From NCBI GenBank assembly GCA_964457525.1, contig CAYWGS010000003.1:2801-34800 (forward strand): a stretch of 32,000 nt of DNA. Direction: 5' to 3'. Origin of the DNA: an uncultured Erysipelotrichaceae bacterium. Lineage in GTDB: Bacteria > Bacillota_I > Bacilli_A > Erysipelotrichales > Erysipelotrichaceae. Positions 25,876-32,000 of the stretch are shown piece by piece. A model generated the notes under the pieces. It worked only from the letters and a program-made list of their open reading frames with translations, was not told the DNA's origin and searched no databases. How positions within the stretch are numbered: the stretch's first letter is position 1; the number at the start of each line of letters is the position of its first letter. A program made the translations under genes and the position numbers.

Positions 25876-25903
25876 ATAAAATGTGATGTACATCACATTT
25901 TAT
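25876..25903. promoter_or_regulatory. perfect 28-bp palindrome with a CRP-type core TGTGA-N6-TCACA; candidate Crp/Fnr-family operator and possible terminator hairpin
   Basis: ATAAAATGTGATGTACATCACATTTTAT, every position self-complementary. The core is TGTGA (25882-25886), tgtaca, TCACA (25893-25897). It overlaps the TGA stop of the Crp/Fnr-family gene and lies about 50 bp upstream of the DUF438 gene start. Confidence 0.65.
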
Positions 25904-26570
25904 ACAATAATATTTCTCTTCTGGATTGAAGTTTAATCTTATTCTCTTTCTCCAACTGCTTTAACTTACGATTCACACTCTCACGACTCACTCCAAGACG
26001 CATCGCAATTTCATCTTGACTCAGTGGACAATTAAGCTTAATCCCATCTGCTTGCTTAACTCCATAATCCTGACTAAGTTGTTTGAGTAGATTCATCAAT
26101 CGAACTTCCAAACTCTCAATATATACCGTTGATAACTCATTCTCCAATTGATTTACACGATGATTTAATTCATTTAATATCGATAACGCTAAGTCTGGTT
26201 CGTTCTGAATCAAATCTTGCATGGTCCTATTATCAATCATACAGAGAGCACCTTCTGTAACTGCTTGGATTGTATAGGGTAGTTCTTTCTCTTTAAACAA
26301 GCTATCTTGTCCAAAGAAATCACCCGTCTTAAACAATTGAATTACCTTGGCTTTTCCTTCTGAAGTAACACTGACTGCTTTAAACTGACCACGACTAACA
26401 ATCACAAACTCTGAGATTTTATCCCCTTGGTTTAAAAAGATATCCCCAGGTTTAAATCCAATGCGATGGACATGCTTAATAATACGGCCCCGTTGGACAG
26501 CATTCAAATTACGAAAAAGACTGATTTGACTGATACAAATTGGTGCTTTACACGTTAGACAACTTTCCAT
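25893..26570 (-). CDS. Crp/Fnr-family transcriptional regulator with FNR-like cysteine set
   Basis: 225 aa. N-terminal C4-x2-C7-x4-C12 plus C110 in the beta-roll; a cNMP-binding-like fold (FKPGDIFLNQGD...); and a C-terminal HTH LSQDEIAMRLGVSRESVNRKLKQL. Confidence 0.85.
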   Translation of the reverse strand: MESCLTCKAPICISQISLFRNLNAVQRGRIIKHVHRIGFKPGDIFLNQGDKISEFVIVSRGQFKAVSVTSEGKAKVIQLFKTGDFFGQDSLFKEKELPYTIQAVTEGALCMIDNRTMQDLIQNEPDLALSILNELNHRVNQLENELSTVYIESLEVRLMNLLKQLSQDYGVKQADGIKLNCPLSQDEIAMRLGVSRESVNRKLKQLEKENKIKLQSRREILLYKM

Positions 26571-27041
26571 TTAGGCCCATTCCTTACACACATCTACCCA
26601 CTGTGTTGATTTTGATAGTTTTTCAAGTTCATTTAAGTTTAACTCAATAGCAGAAGAAGCACTTCCACACGCTGGATAAACTGTTTCAAAACGTTTGAGC
26701 GATTCATCCAAGACCACAACACAGTTCTCATTTACTGCGAAGGGACACACTCCCCCTATCGCATGACCGACTTTTTCCTCAGTCTCTTGATAGTCAAGCA
26801 TTCTTGCCTTTAAATTGAATTTGGACTTAAACTTACTATTATCTATTTTGGCATCTCCAGCCGTCACAATCAAGAGTGTTTGGTCAAAATAACGAAATGC
26901 GAGTGTCTTCGCAATTCGTTTGCCTTCTGTTTTTAATGCTTCAGCCGCAAGATCTACGGTTGCGCTAGATACATCAAATTCGATGATTCGATGTTCATAC
27001 CCTAATTCTCTAAAATATGTTCTTACTTGATCAATTGCCAT
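26571..27041 (-). CDS. ybaK: YbaK/EbsC/ProX-type aminoacyl-tRNA editing (deacylase) domain protein
   Basis: 156 aa. AKTLAF, LLIVTAGDAKIDNSKFK and GHAIGGVCPF are typical of the YbaK family. Its stop abuts the start of the Crp/Fnr-family gene. Confidence 0.75.
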   Translation of the reverse strand: MAIDQVRTYFRELGYEHRIIEFDVSSATVDLAAEALKTEGKRIAKTLAFRYFDQTLLIVTAGDAKIDNSKFKSKFNLKARMLDYQETEEKVGHAIGGVCPFAVNENCVVVLDESLKRFETVYPACGSASSAIELNLNELEKLSKSTQWVDVCKEWA

Positions 27042-27083
27042 AATTACCCACTCTTAAGCAATAATGTAACATGTTTCTTTAAA

Positions 27084-27108
27084 TAAAAAAAGAGTCAGTT
27101 CTGACTCT
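27084..27108 (-). terminator. intrinsic terminator after hsp20
   Basis: The minus strand reads AGAGTCAG-AA-CTGACTCT followed by T7 (plus-strand hairpin 27091-27108, A-run 27084-27090). Confidence 0.75.
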
Positions 27109-27110
27109 GT

Positions 27111-27515
27111 CTACTTAACTTCAATACGTTTCATGACTTCGGTTTCGCCTTTAATTGGTAATACAACCTTTAAGACACCTTCTTCAAACTTCGCATCGAT
27201 AAGATTGTGATCAATATTGTTAAAGCGAATTTGTCGAGTAAACATCGATTGACTTCTAGAACGATAGATATACTTCTTATTATCTTCTTTCTCTTCTTCA
27301 GTATGTTCCGCCTTGATGGTTAAGAGATCATTGTTAAAGGACATATTGATTTCTTCCTTCTTAAACCCAGGCAAGTCAACTTCGACAACATATTTATTAT
27401 CCTCTTGATATACATCAAGATGGGAGTTTGAACTGAAGCTAGGTAAGAAGAATTCATCATTAAAGAAGTCATCAAGAATTGAAGTAGTAGGACGTCTCAT
27501 TAAACTATTTCTCAT
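27111..27515 (-). CDS. Hsp20/alpha-crystallin family small heat-shock protein
   Basis: 134 aa. Alpha-crystallin domain (VDLPGFKKEEINMSFNNDLLTIKAEH...FEEGVLKVVLP). AAGGAGG SD. Confidence 0.9.
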   Translation of the reverse strand: MRNSLMRRPTTSILDDFFNDEFFLPSFSSNSHLDVYQEDNKYVVEVDLPGFKKEEINMSFNNDLLTIKAEHTEEEKEDNKKYIYRSRSQSMFTRQIRFNNIDHNLIDAKFEEGVLKVVLPIKGETEVMKRIEVK

Positions 27516-27530
27516 ATTTTTTCCTCCTTT

Positions 27531-27557
27531 TTAGCACTCTCGATATCTAAGTGCTAA
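27531..27557. promoter_or_regulatory. CIRCE operator (HrcA binding site), promoter-proximal copy
   Basis: TTAGCACTC-tcgatatct-AAGTGCTAA, compared with consensus TTAGCACTC-N9-GAGTGCTAA (one mismatch). It lies between the hsp20 -10 region and the SD. Confidence 0.8.
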
Positions 27558-27563
27558 TACATT

Positions 27564-27594
27564 ATTATAATATCATATTTTTTAGCACTGTCAA
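27564..27594 (-). promoter_or_regulatory. hsp20 sigma-A-type promoter overlapping CIRCE
   Basis: On the minus strand, TTGACA (27594..27589) sits inside the distal CIRCE spacer/arm. The A/T-rich -10 region TATGATATTATAAT allows ATTATA at 17 nt or TATAAT (27569..27564) at 19 nt. Confidence 0.5.
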
Positions 27595-27608
27595 CACTTC
27601 AGTGCTAA
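27582..27608. promoter_or_regulatory. CIRCE operator, distal copy (perfect inverted repeat)
   Basis: TTAGCACTG-tcaacactt-CAGTGCTAA. The 9-nt arms are perfectly complementary with an N9 spacer; position 9 differs from consensus symmetrically. Confidence 0.8.
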
Positions 27609-27623
27609 ATTTGTTAGAAATCA

Positions 27624-27652
27624 TTGAACTATCTTGTGAATGGTGTTACTAT
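27624..27652 (+). promoter_or_regulatory. promoter of the HD-domain gene (TTGAAC-N17-TGtTACTAT)
   Basis: TTGAAC at 27624-27629, TG at 27644-27645 and TACTAT at 27647-27652, with 17-nt spacing. Confidence 0.6.
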
Positions 27653-27688
27653 CGACTCGTTTATGTCACTGACATCCAAAGGAGTTTC

Positions 27689-28228
27689 ATGAAAGCCGTA
27701 TTCTCTCCCTTACCGATCAATGAATCACATCCAATTACACAAGAATTTCTCAGTCATGTCGATGATTTAATTCATCATCCGACTGTCTTAACTCTAAATA
27801 ATTATTCTCAACACTTAAATACAAGTCGTTACCAACACTCATTGAATGTGGCTTATTATGCCCATTTAATCGCACGTTATTTCGATGTTAATCATAGAGA
27901 GTGTGTTCGTGGCGCATTCTTACATGATTTATTTCTTTATGATTGGAGAACAGAACAAACCACCCCAGGTAAACATGTAAATGTTCATCCAAGGGAGGCA
28001 CTCAAAAATGCTAAGATGATTACAGAAGTATCTTCAATCATGGAAGATACAATTGTGAATCATATGTGGCCACTCGGTGATGCACAACCACAAACAAAAG
28101 AAGCCTGGATTGTCCAAGCTTCCGATAAATTATGTGCTGTGATGGAAATTGTCCATCAAATTAAACTAAAGAGTTTCCATCATAACCTTGCAGGTTTGAT
28201 GTTAGGCTTAATCTTATTCTTACGATAG
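27689..28228 (+). CDS. HD-domain metal-dependent phosphohydrolase
   Basis: ORF track gives 27551..28228, but the first 46 codons run through the CIRCE/promoter region. AAAGGAG precedes ATG 27689 (MKAVFSPL...). H...HD signature: QHSLNVAYYAHLIARYF...GAFLHDLFLYDW. Confidence 0.75.
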   Translation: MKAVFSPLPINESHPITQEFLSHVDDLIHHPTVLTLNNYSQHLNTSRYQHSLNVAYYAHLIARYFDVNHRECVRGAFLHDLFLYDWRTEQTTPGKHVNVHPREALKNAKMITEVSSIMEDTIVNHMWPLGDAQPQTKEAWIVQASDKLCAVMEIVHQIKLKSFHHNLAGLMLGLILFLR

Positions 28229-28249
28229 ATGCTTAGGCATCTTTTTTTA
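28227..28249 (+). terminator. intrinsic terminator after the HD gene
   Basis: AGATGC-TTAG-GCATCT followed by T7. It overlaps the last codons of the convergent DUF1667 gene. Confidence 0.75.
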
Positions 28250-28598
28250 TGGTACGAGACGCAATAATATCAATCCCAGACCCTAAGATGTTCTTCACAA
28301 TCACTTGATTCAATTCAATCGGTGCATGTACAACCAATTCATCTAATTCGTCTCTAATTCTAAAGATATCCTCTTTCTTAATTGCACTTGAACTTACAAC
28401 AGGGCAACGTGATAATTTAGATCCTATAACTTGAACCGTTGTGGTAAACATACGTCTAGGTTCCGTTACCTCTTGGACCGCGTATACTTCACCTCGTTTA
28501 CATTGATTTCCAGAACAGGTAAAGTTTCCTTCATCTTCTACGATTTGAATTAAACATCCCCTTGGGCATACAATACACGTTAGTTCTTGTTTTTTCAT
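28233..28598 (-). CDS. DUF1667-domain protein (Cys-rich small subunit of the GlpA-like oxidoreductase cluster)
   Basis: 121 aa. CIVCPRGCLI...SGNQCKRGEVYA...PRRMFTTTV...GIDIIASRTI matches the DUF1667 pattern. Confidence 0.8.
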   Translation of the reverse strand: MKKQELTCIVCPRGCLIQIVEDEGNFTCSGNQCKRGEVYAVQEVTEPRRMFTTTVQVIGSKLSRCPVVSSSAIKKEDIFRIRDELDELVVHAPIELNQVIVKNILGSGIDIIASRTIKKDA

Positions 28599-29830
28599 GA
28601 TTCAATCTCCAAGTGTAAATCACCTTTTACTTTTTCTAAGAGACTTAAAGGTAGATTAATCATTTCCATCTCAGCTGGTAATATTTGAGTCTTAGGAAAT
28701 GACACAATCACTTCATTATTCGACTTAAGCACAACCCGAACATTCTTTAATGGTTTACGAACACGATACTTTAGTTTGATGGCTTGTTTCTTATGAATCT
28801 GTTGAGGAAGAACATAAATAAAGTTCGTATCACTTTCAACTTGAATCAAATCATTTTCTTTTGTCTCATGATTCAAATAACGAACAATGGATTCCCCAAC
28901 CTTATCCCCTTCTTCACTCACAAAATCCACTACATCATGAATGTGTAAACTATTACCACAAGCAAATATACCTGGAATCGATGTTTCATAATCTTGATTA
29001 ATCTTAGGTCCTTTAGTACGTGGATCCATCTCAATACCACAATTCTCTGTAATGATATTATCTGGAATTAATCCAACCGATAATAATACGGTATCCACAT
29101 CTACACTAAACTCTGTCCCAGCAATTGGATTTAGATTTTCATCAACTCGACTGAGTTCAATGGAAGATACACGACCATTCCCATGAATTCGTGTGATGGT
29201 TGTGCTTAAATACAATGGAATATCGTAATCATACAAACACTGTACTAAGTTACGCGTTAATCCATTCGAATATGGCATAATTTCCGCAACCCCAACAACC
29301 TTCGCTTTGGCAATGGTTAAACGTCTTGCCATAATCAGACCAATATCCCCACTACCTAGAATAAATACTTTCTTTCCAACACAATAACCATCAATATTTA
29401 AATATTTCTGAGCAGATCCCGCTGTCCATACACCAACAGAACGATCACCCGGAATCATAATATTTCCCCGAGTTCTTTCACGTGCACCAAGAGCAAGTAC
29501 AATCGATTCTGCTTGAATCATATGTGATCCACTTGGACTGATATATTCAATTCGTTTATCGGGATGAAGTCGTGTGACTGTTGACTCTAACTCATGTTCA
29601 ATCCCTAATTGATGAAACTCTGTTACCAATCGTTCCGCATAACTTGGACCCGTTAACTCTTCTTTAAAGCGCGTTAATCCAAATCCATTATGAATACATT
29701 GATTTAGAATTCCACCTAAACAATCTTCTTTCTCCAACAATAACACATCGATATTCAACTTCTTCAATTGAATCGCAGCCGCTAAACCCGCACTACCGCC
29801 TCCAATCACCACACATTTATAATTTCTCAT
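28595..29830 (-). CDS. NAD(P)/FAD-dependent pyridine-nucleotide-disulfide-type oxidoreductase
   Basis: 411 aa. VVIGGGSAGLAAA FAD fold, a second GSGDIGLIMA dinucleotide fold, and the GIFACGN motif. Confidence 0.8.
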   Translation of the reverse strand: MRNYKCVVIGGGSAGLAAAIQLKKLNIDVLLLEKEDCLGGILNQCIHNGFGLTRFKEELTGPSYAERLVTEFHQLGIEHELESTVTRLHPDKRIEYISPSGSHMIQAESIVLALGARERTRGNIMIPGDRSVGVWTAGSAQKYLNIDGYCVGKKVFILGSGDIGLIMARRLTIAKAKVVGVAEIMPYSNGLTRNLVQCLYDYDIPLYLSTTITRIHGNGRVSSIELSRVDENLNPIAGTEFSVDVDTVLLSVGLIPDNIITENCGIEMDPRTKGPKINQDYETSIPGIFACGNSLHIHDVVDFVSEEGDKVGESIVRYLNHETKENDLIQVESDTNFIYVLPQQIHKKQAIKLKYRVRKPLKNVRVVLKSNNEVIVSFPKTQILPAEMEMINLPLSLLEKVKGDLHLEIES

Positions 29831-31232
29831 GGTGACCTCCTAAAGGCGTTAAAAACAGATCATTATCATACGGTATATCTTTCATATCCACATTCAATTC
29901 ACGCGCCAAGATACGTACCACTTCTGATTCACAGAAACCACCTTGGCAACGACCAGAACCTGGACGTGTAATTCGTTTAACACCTTTGATGCTTCTTGCC
30001 CCAACAGGTAAATGAATCGCATTCATAATCTCTTTTTCACTGATCGTTTCACATACACAAACAATTCTTCCATACTTCACATCTTCTTGTATCAATTGAT
30101 TGCGTTCTTCAAAACTTAGATGTTTCTTCCATTTAAAATCAACACATCTTTCTTTTTCTACTAAAGTGAGATGTTTCTGTATAAACTCTTGAATCACATA
30201 CTCAGATATACCTGGAGAACTCGCAAGCCCTGGAGAATCTATCCCAATCACGTTGATGAATTTATCACAATCTTCAATAATAAAATCTTTTGATAATGAT
30301 GTTGGTCTTACCCCAGCAAATTGTCGAATTAGTCGATTCTTAGGTAAAGGTTTAATGATTTCTGAAATCTTAGAATCAACTTCCATTAATCCAGAACGTG
30401 TTGTGCTAAAATCATACCTATTTTCAATGACCTTACTTGTAGGTCCAAACATCAAGTTTCCTTCGATCGTCTTAAGCGCTAAAACACCTTTACCTAACTT
30501 GGTTGGTAATGGGTAGATGACATGATTGAGATAATCCGCATCACGAATATCACTCACCTGATATTCCCCTTTTCTAAATTCAATCTGGTGGGTTGTTTCT
30601 GGGTTATGATACTTGGCTACACGAACACCGTTTAAACCTGAACAGTTTATCACGATTTTAGATTCAAATACACCCTTGTTCGTTAATACACGATAATGAT
30701 CCGTTTTCTCTATTCCAACAACTTCTGTTTGTCGATGTAACTCTACCCCATTGCTCACCGCATAATTCATACAAGCAAAACCCATTTGCCATGGTGTAAT
30801 GATTGCGGTGGTTGGGAAAAACAACGCTTCCACAACCGTATCACTGATATTCGGTTCCTTTTTTCTTACTTCATCTTGAGTAAGATACTCATAAGGAATA
30901 TTTCTACTCTTAGCCCGATTCGCTAAGTTCATTAAAATATCATGATCTTCCAATCGATTGGATACTAATAAACTACCAACTTGTTCATAATCTACATTCA
31001 AATTTCGTGCAATTTCGGGATAACGTTTTGCCCCCAACAAATTCAACTCCGCTTTTAATGTTCCCTCCTCAGGATCGTACCCCGTATGAACTAAACCACT
31101 GTTTGCACTACTTACTTCATTCATAATCTCTACGTTTTTCTCTAACACACAAACAGACACATTAAAATGGCTTAAATCATAAGCCAACATGGATCCAATG
31201 ATGCCAGAACCAATAATGATAATATCGACCAT
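29817..31232 (-). CDS. FAD-dependent glycerol-3-phosphate dehydrogenase/oxidase-like oxidoreductase with C-terminal BFD-like [2Fe-2S] domain
   Basis: 471 aa. MVDIIIIGSGIIGS DAO-type N-terminus. C-terminal CVCETISEKEI...GSGRCQGGFC is a BFD-like 2Fe-2S motif. Confidence 0.8.
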   Translation of the reverse strand: MVDIIIIGSGIIGSMLAYDLSHFNVSVCVLEKNVEIMNEVSSANSGLVHTGYDPEEGTLKAELNLLGAKRYPEIARNLNVDYEQVGSLLVSNRLEDHDILMNLANRAKSRNIPYEYLTQDEVRKKEPNISDTVVEALFFPTTAIITPWQMGFACMNYAVSNGVELHRQTEVVGIEKTDHYRVLTNKGVFESKIVINCSGLNGVRVAKYHNPETTHQIEFRKGEYQVSDIRDADYLNHVIYPLPTKLGKGVLALKTIEGNLMFGPTSKVIENRYDFSTTRSGLMEVDSKISEIIKPLPKNRLIRQFAGVRPTSLSKDFIIEDCDKFINVIGIDSPGLASSPGISEYVIQEFIQKHLTLVEKERCVDFKWKKHLSFEERNQLIQEDVKYGRIVCVCETISEKEIMNAIHLPVGARSIKGVKRITRPGSGRCQGGFCESEVVRILARELNVDMKDIPYDNDLFLTPLGGHHEKL

Positions 31233-31353
31233 AAGTTAATTTAATTGTACACAAATTTACAAAACATTTGTTATTTTATTGTAAACATTCAAAGCATATT
31301 TCATATAAACCGATAATAAGATAGAATAGGATTGTTCGTTTGAAAGGAAACCT

Positions 31354-31974
31354 ATGAAAAAAACACTCTATCTCATGCGACATGGTCAAACACTCTTCAA
31401 TGTACGTCGCAAAATCCAAGGTGCATGTGACTCACCCTTAACTGAAATCGGCATTAAACAAGCCGAACATACACGTCAGTATTTCGATGATATTCCATTA
31501 GACCATGCTTATGCCTCTACTGCAGAAAGAAGCTCAGACACGCTTGAAATCATCTTACAAGGCCGATTACCTTATGAACGTTCAAAAAGTTTAAAAGAAC
31601 GTAACTTTGGAACTTTTGAAGGTGAAAGTGAAGATCTAAATCCAACCGATCGTGAAGTTCATCGTTCATTCTTTGTCCCTTATGGTGGAGAACATGCCTC
31701 AGAAACAGAAGAACGAATGGTTAACTTCTTAACCCAAGTTATGGACAAGGAAGATCATCAAAATGTACTTGCGGTATCGCATGCAGGAGCGAGTATCCAA
31801 TTCATGTCTCGATGGATTCATCCCTGGTCTGTATTAAAAGGAAAAGTTGCGAATTGTACAATTTTCAAGTATGAATATGAGAATAAAGTATTCAAACTTG
31901 TAGAAGTTATTTATCCTGATTTAGATAATAATCGTTTTGAATACCAAGAGGCTGTAACGAATAAACAGCTTTGA
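31354..31974 (+). CDS. histidine phosphatase family protein (phosphoglycerate-mutase-like)
   Basis: 206 aa. The RHG motif LYLMRHGQTLFN and a second His in AVSHAG. AAAGGAA SD. Confidence 0.85.
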   Translation: MKKTLYLMRHGQTLFNVRRKIQGACDSPLTEIGIKQAEHTRQYFDDIPLDHAYASTAERSSDTLEIILQGRLPYERSKSLKERNFGTFEGESEDLNPTDREVHRSFFVPYGGEHASETEERMVNFLTQVMDKEDHQNVLAVSHAGASIQFMSRWIHPWSVLKGKVANCTIFKYEYENKVFKLVEVIYPDLDNNRFEYQEAVTNKQL

Positions 31975-32000
31975 ATAGAAGACAAATGAAAAGGTCCAGG

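Noticed and set aside
25876-25903. Reading the 28-bp palindrome as a mobile-element terminal repeat, or as only a terminator
   Set aside because: There is no second copy, no target-site duplication and no transposase. The exact TGTGA-N6-TCACA core next to a Crp-family gene with an RE..R recognition helix makes an operator role more likely than a pure terminator, whose stem would be mostly A-U.
27551-27688. N-terminal 46-codon extension of the HD-gene ORF (track 27551..28228)
   Set aside because: It runs through the CIRCE elements and the predicted promoter. ATG 27689 has AAAGGAG upstream and lies downstream of the TTGAAC-N17-TGtTACTAT promoter.
31246-31285. Nested short inverted repeats in the GlpA-like/histidine-phosphatase intergenic region: TGTACA, ACAAAT-N9-ATTTGT and TTTACAA-N16-TTGTAAA
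   Set aside because: The arms are only 6-7 nt in very AT-rich DNA, where such matches are expected by chance. They match no operator consensus I recognise (not a cre, GlpR-like or CRP-type site). Not enough to call an operator.
1-32000. Alternative genetic code (UGA as Trp, Mollicutes-like), considered because of the AT-richness
   Set aside because: Several well-delimited genes end in TGA at the expected C-terminus (third GntR, HAD, CBS-PPase, Crp-family regulator). Conserved proteins are full length under code 11.
1-32000. Search for CRISPR arrays, tRNA/rRNA genes, IS elements, integrases, prophage or classical defence islands
   Set aside because: No direct-repeat/spacer periodicity, no cloverleaf-like sequences in the intergenic regions, and no transposase, recombinase or phage-like ORFs were seen. 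The window reads as core chromosome.

Overview
AT-rich, densely coding chromosomal segment with Firmicutes-type hallmarks: split gcvPA/gcvPB, a tandem glycine riboswitch with an intrinsic terminator, CIRCE operators, a CBS-type family II pyrophosphatase, many TGnTATAAT extended -10 promoters and GGAGG-type SD sites. The genetic code is standard (11). I support about 40 protein genes. I found no rRNA or tRNA genes, CRISPR arrays, transposases, integrases or phage genes. Left to right: an operon-like array of four GntR/HutC-type regulators (the first cut by the window edge) with an alternating A-B-A-B subtype pattern; a small membrane protein; tag; xth plus an RNA m5U methyltransferase; rlmA; a polyprenol-kinase-like membrane protein; a glutaredoxin-like protein; lplA-lpd, then glycine riboswitch-gcvT-gcvH-gcvPA-gcvPB; an orphan A24 prepilin-peptidase-like gene; a translationally coupled HAD phosphatase + HEPN(RNxxxH)-CBS-CBS pair; Nudix; CBS-PPase + Gfo oxidoreductase; GNAT + MazG; a 2-hydroxyacid dehydrogenase; uppP; a BadF-type kinase/Gfo/LigB-dioxygenase operon; a ybaK / FNR-like Crp-family regulator / DUF438-hemerythrin-PAS operon carrying a perfect 28-bp TGTGA-N6-TCACA palindrome; hsp20 behind two CIRCE operators; an HD hydrolase; a GlpA-like/FAD-NAD oxidoreductase/DUF1667 operon; and a histidine phosphatase. 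Most of this is ordinary housekeeping. The best candidates for something undescribed are the HAD + HEPN-CBS module (14594-16143) and the tandem GntR array (1-2454). All functional calls rest on motif recognition by eye; no database search or computation was run.
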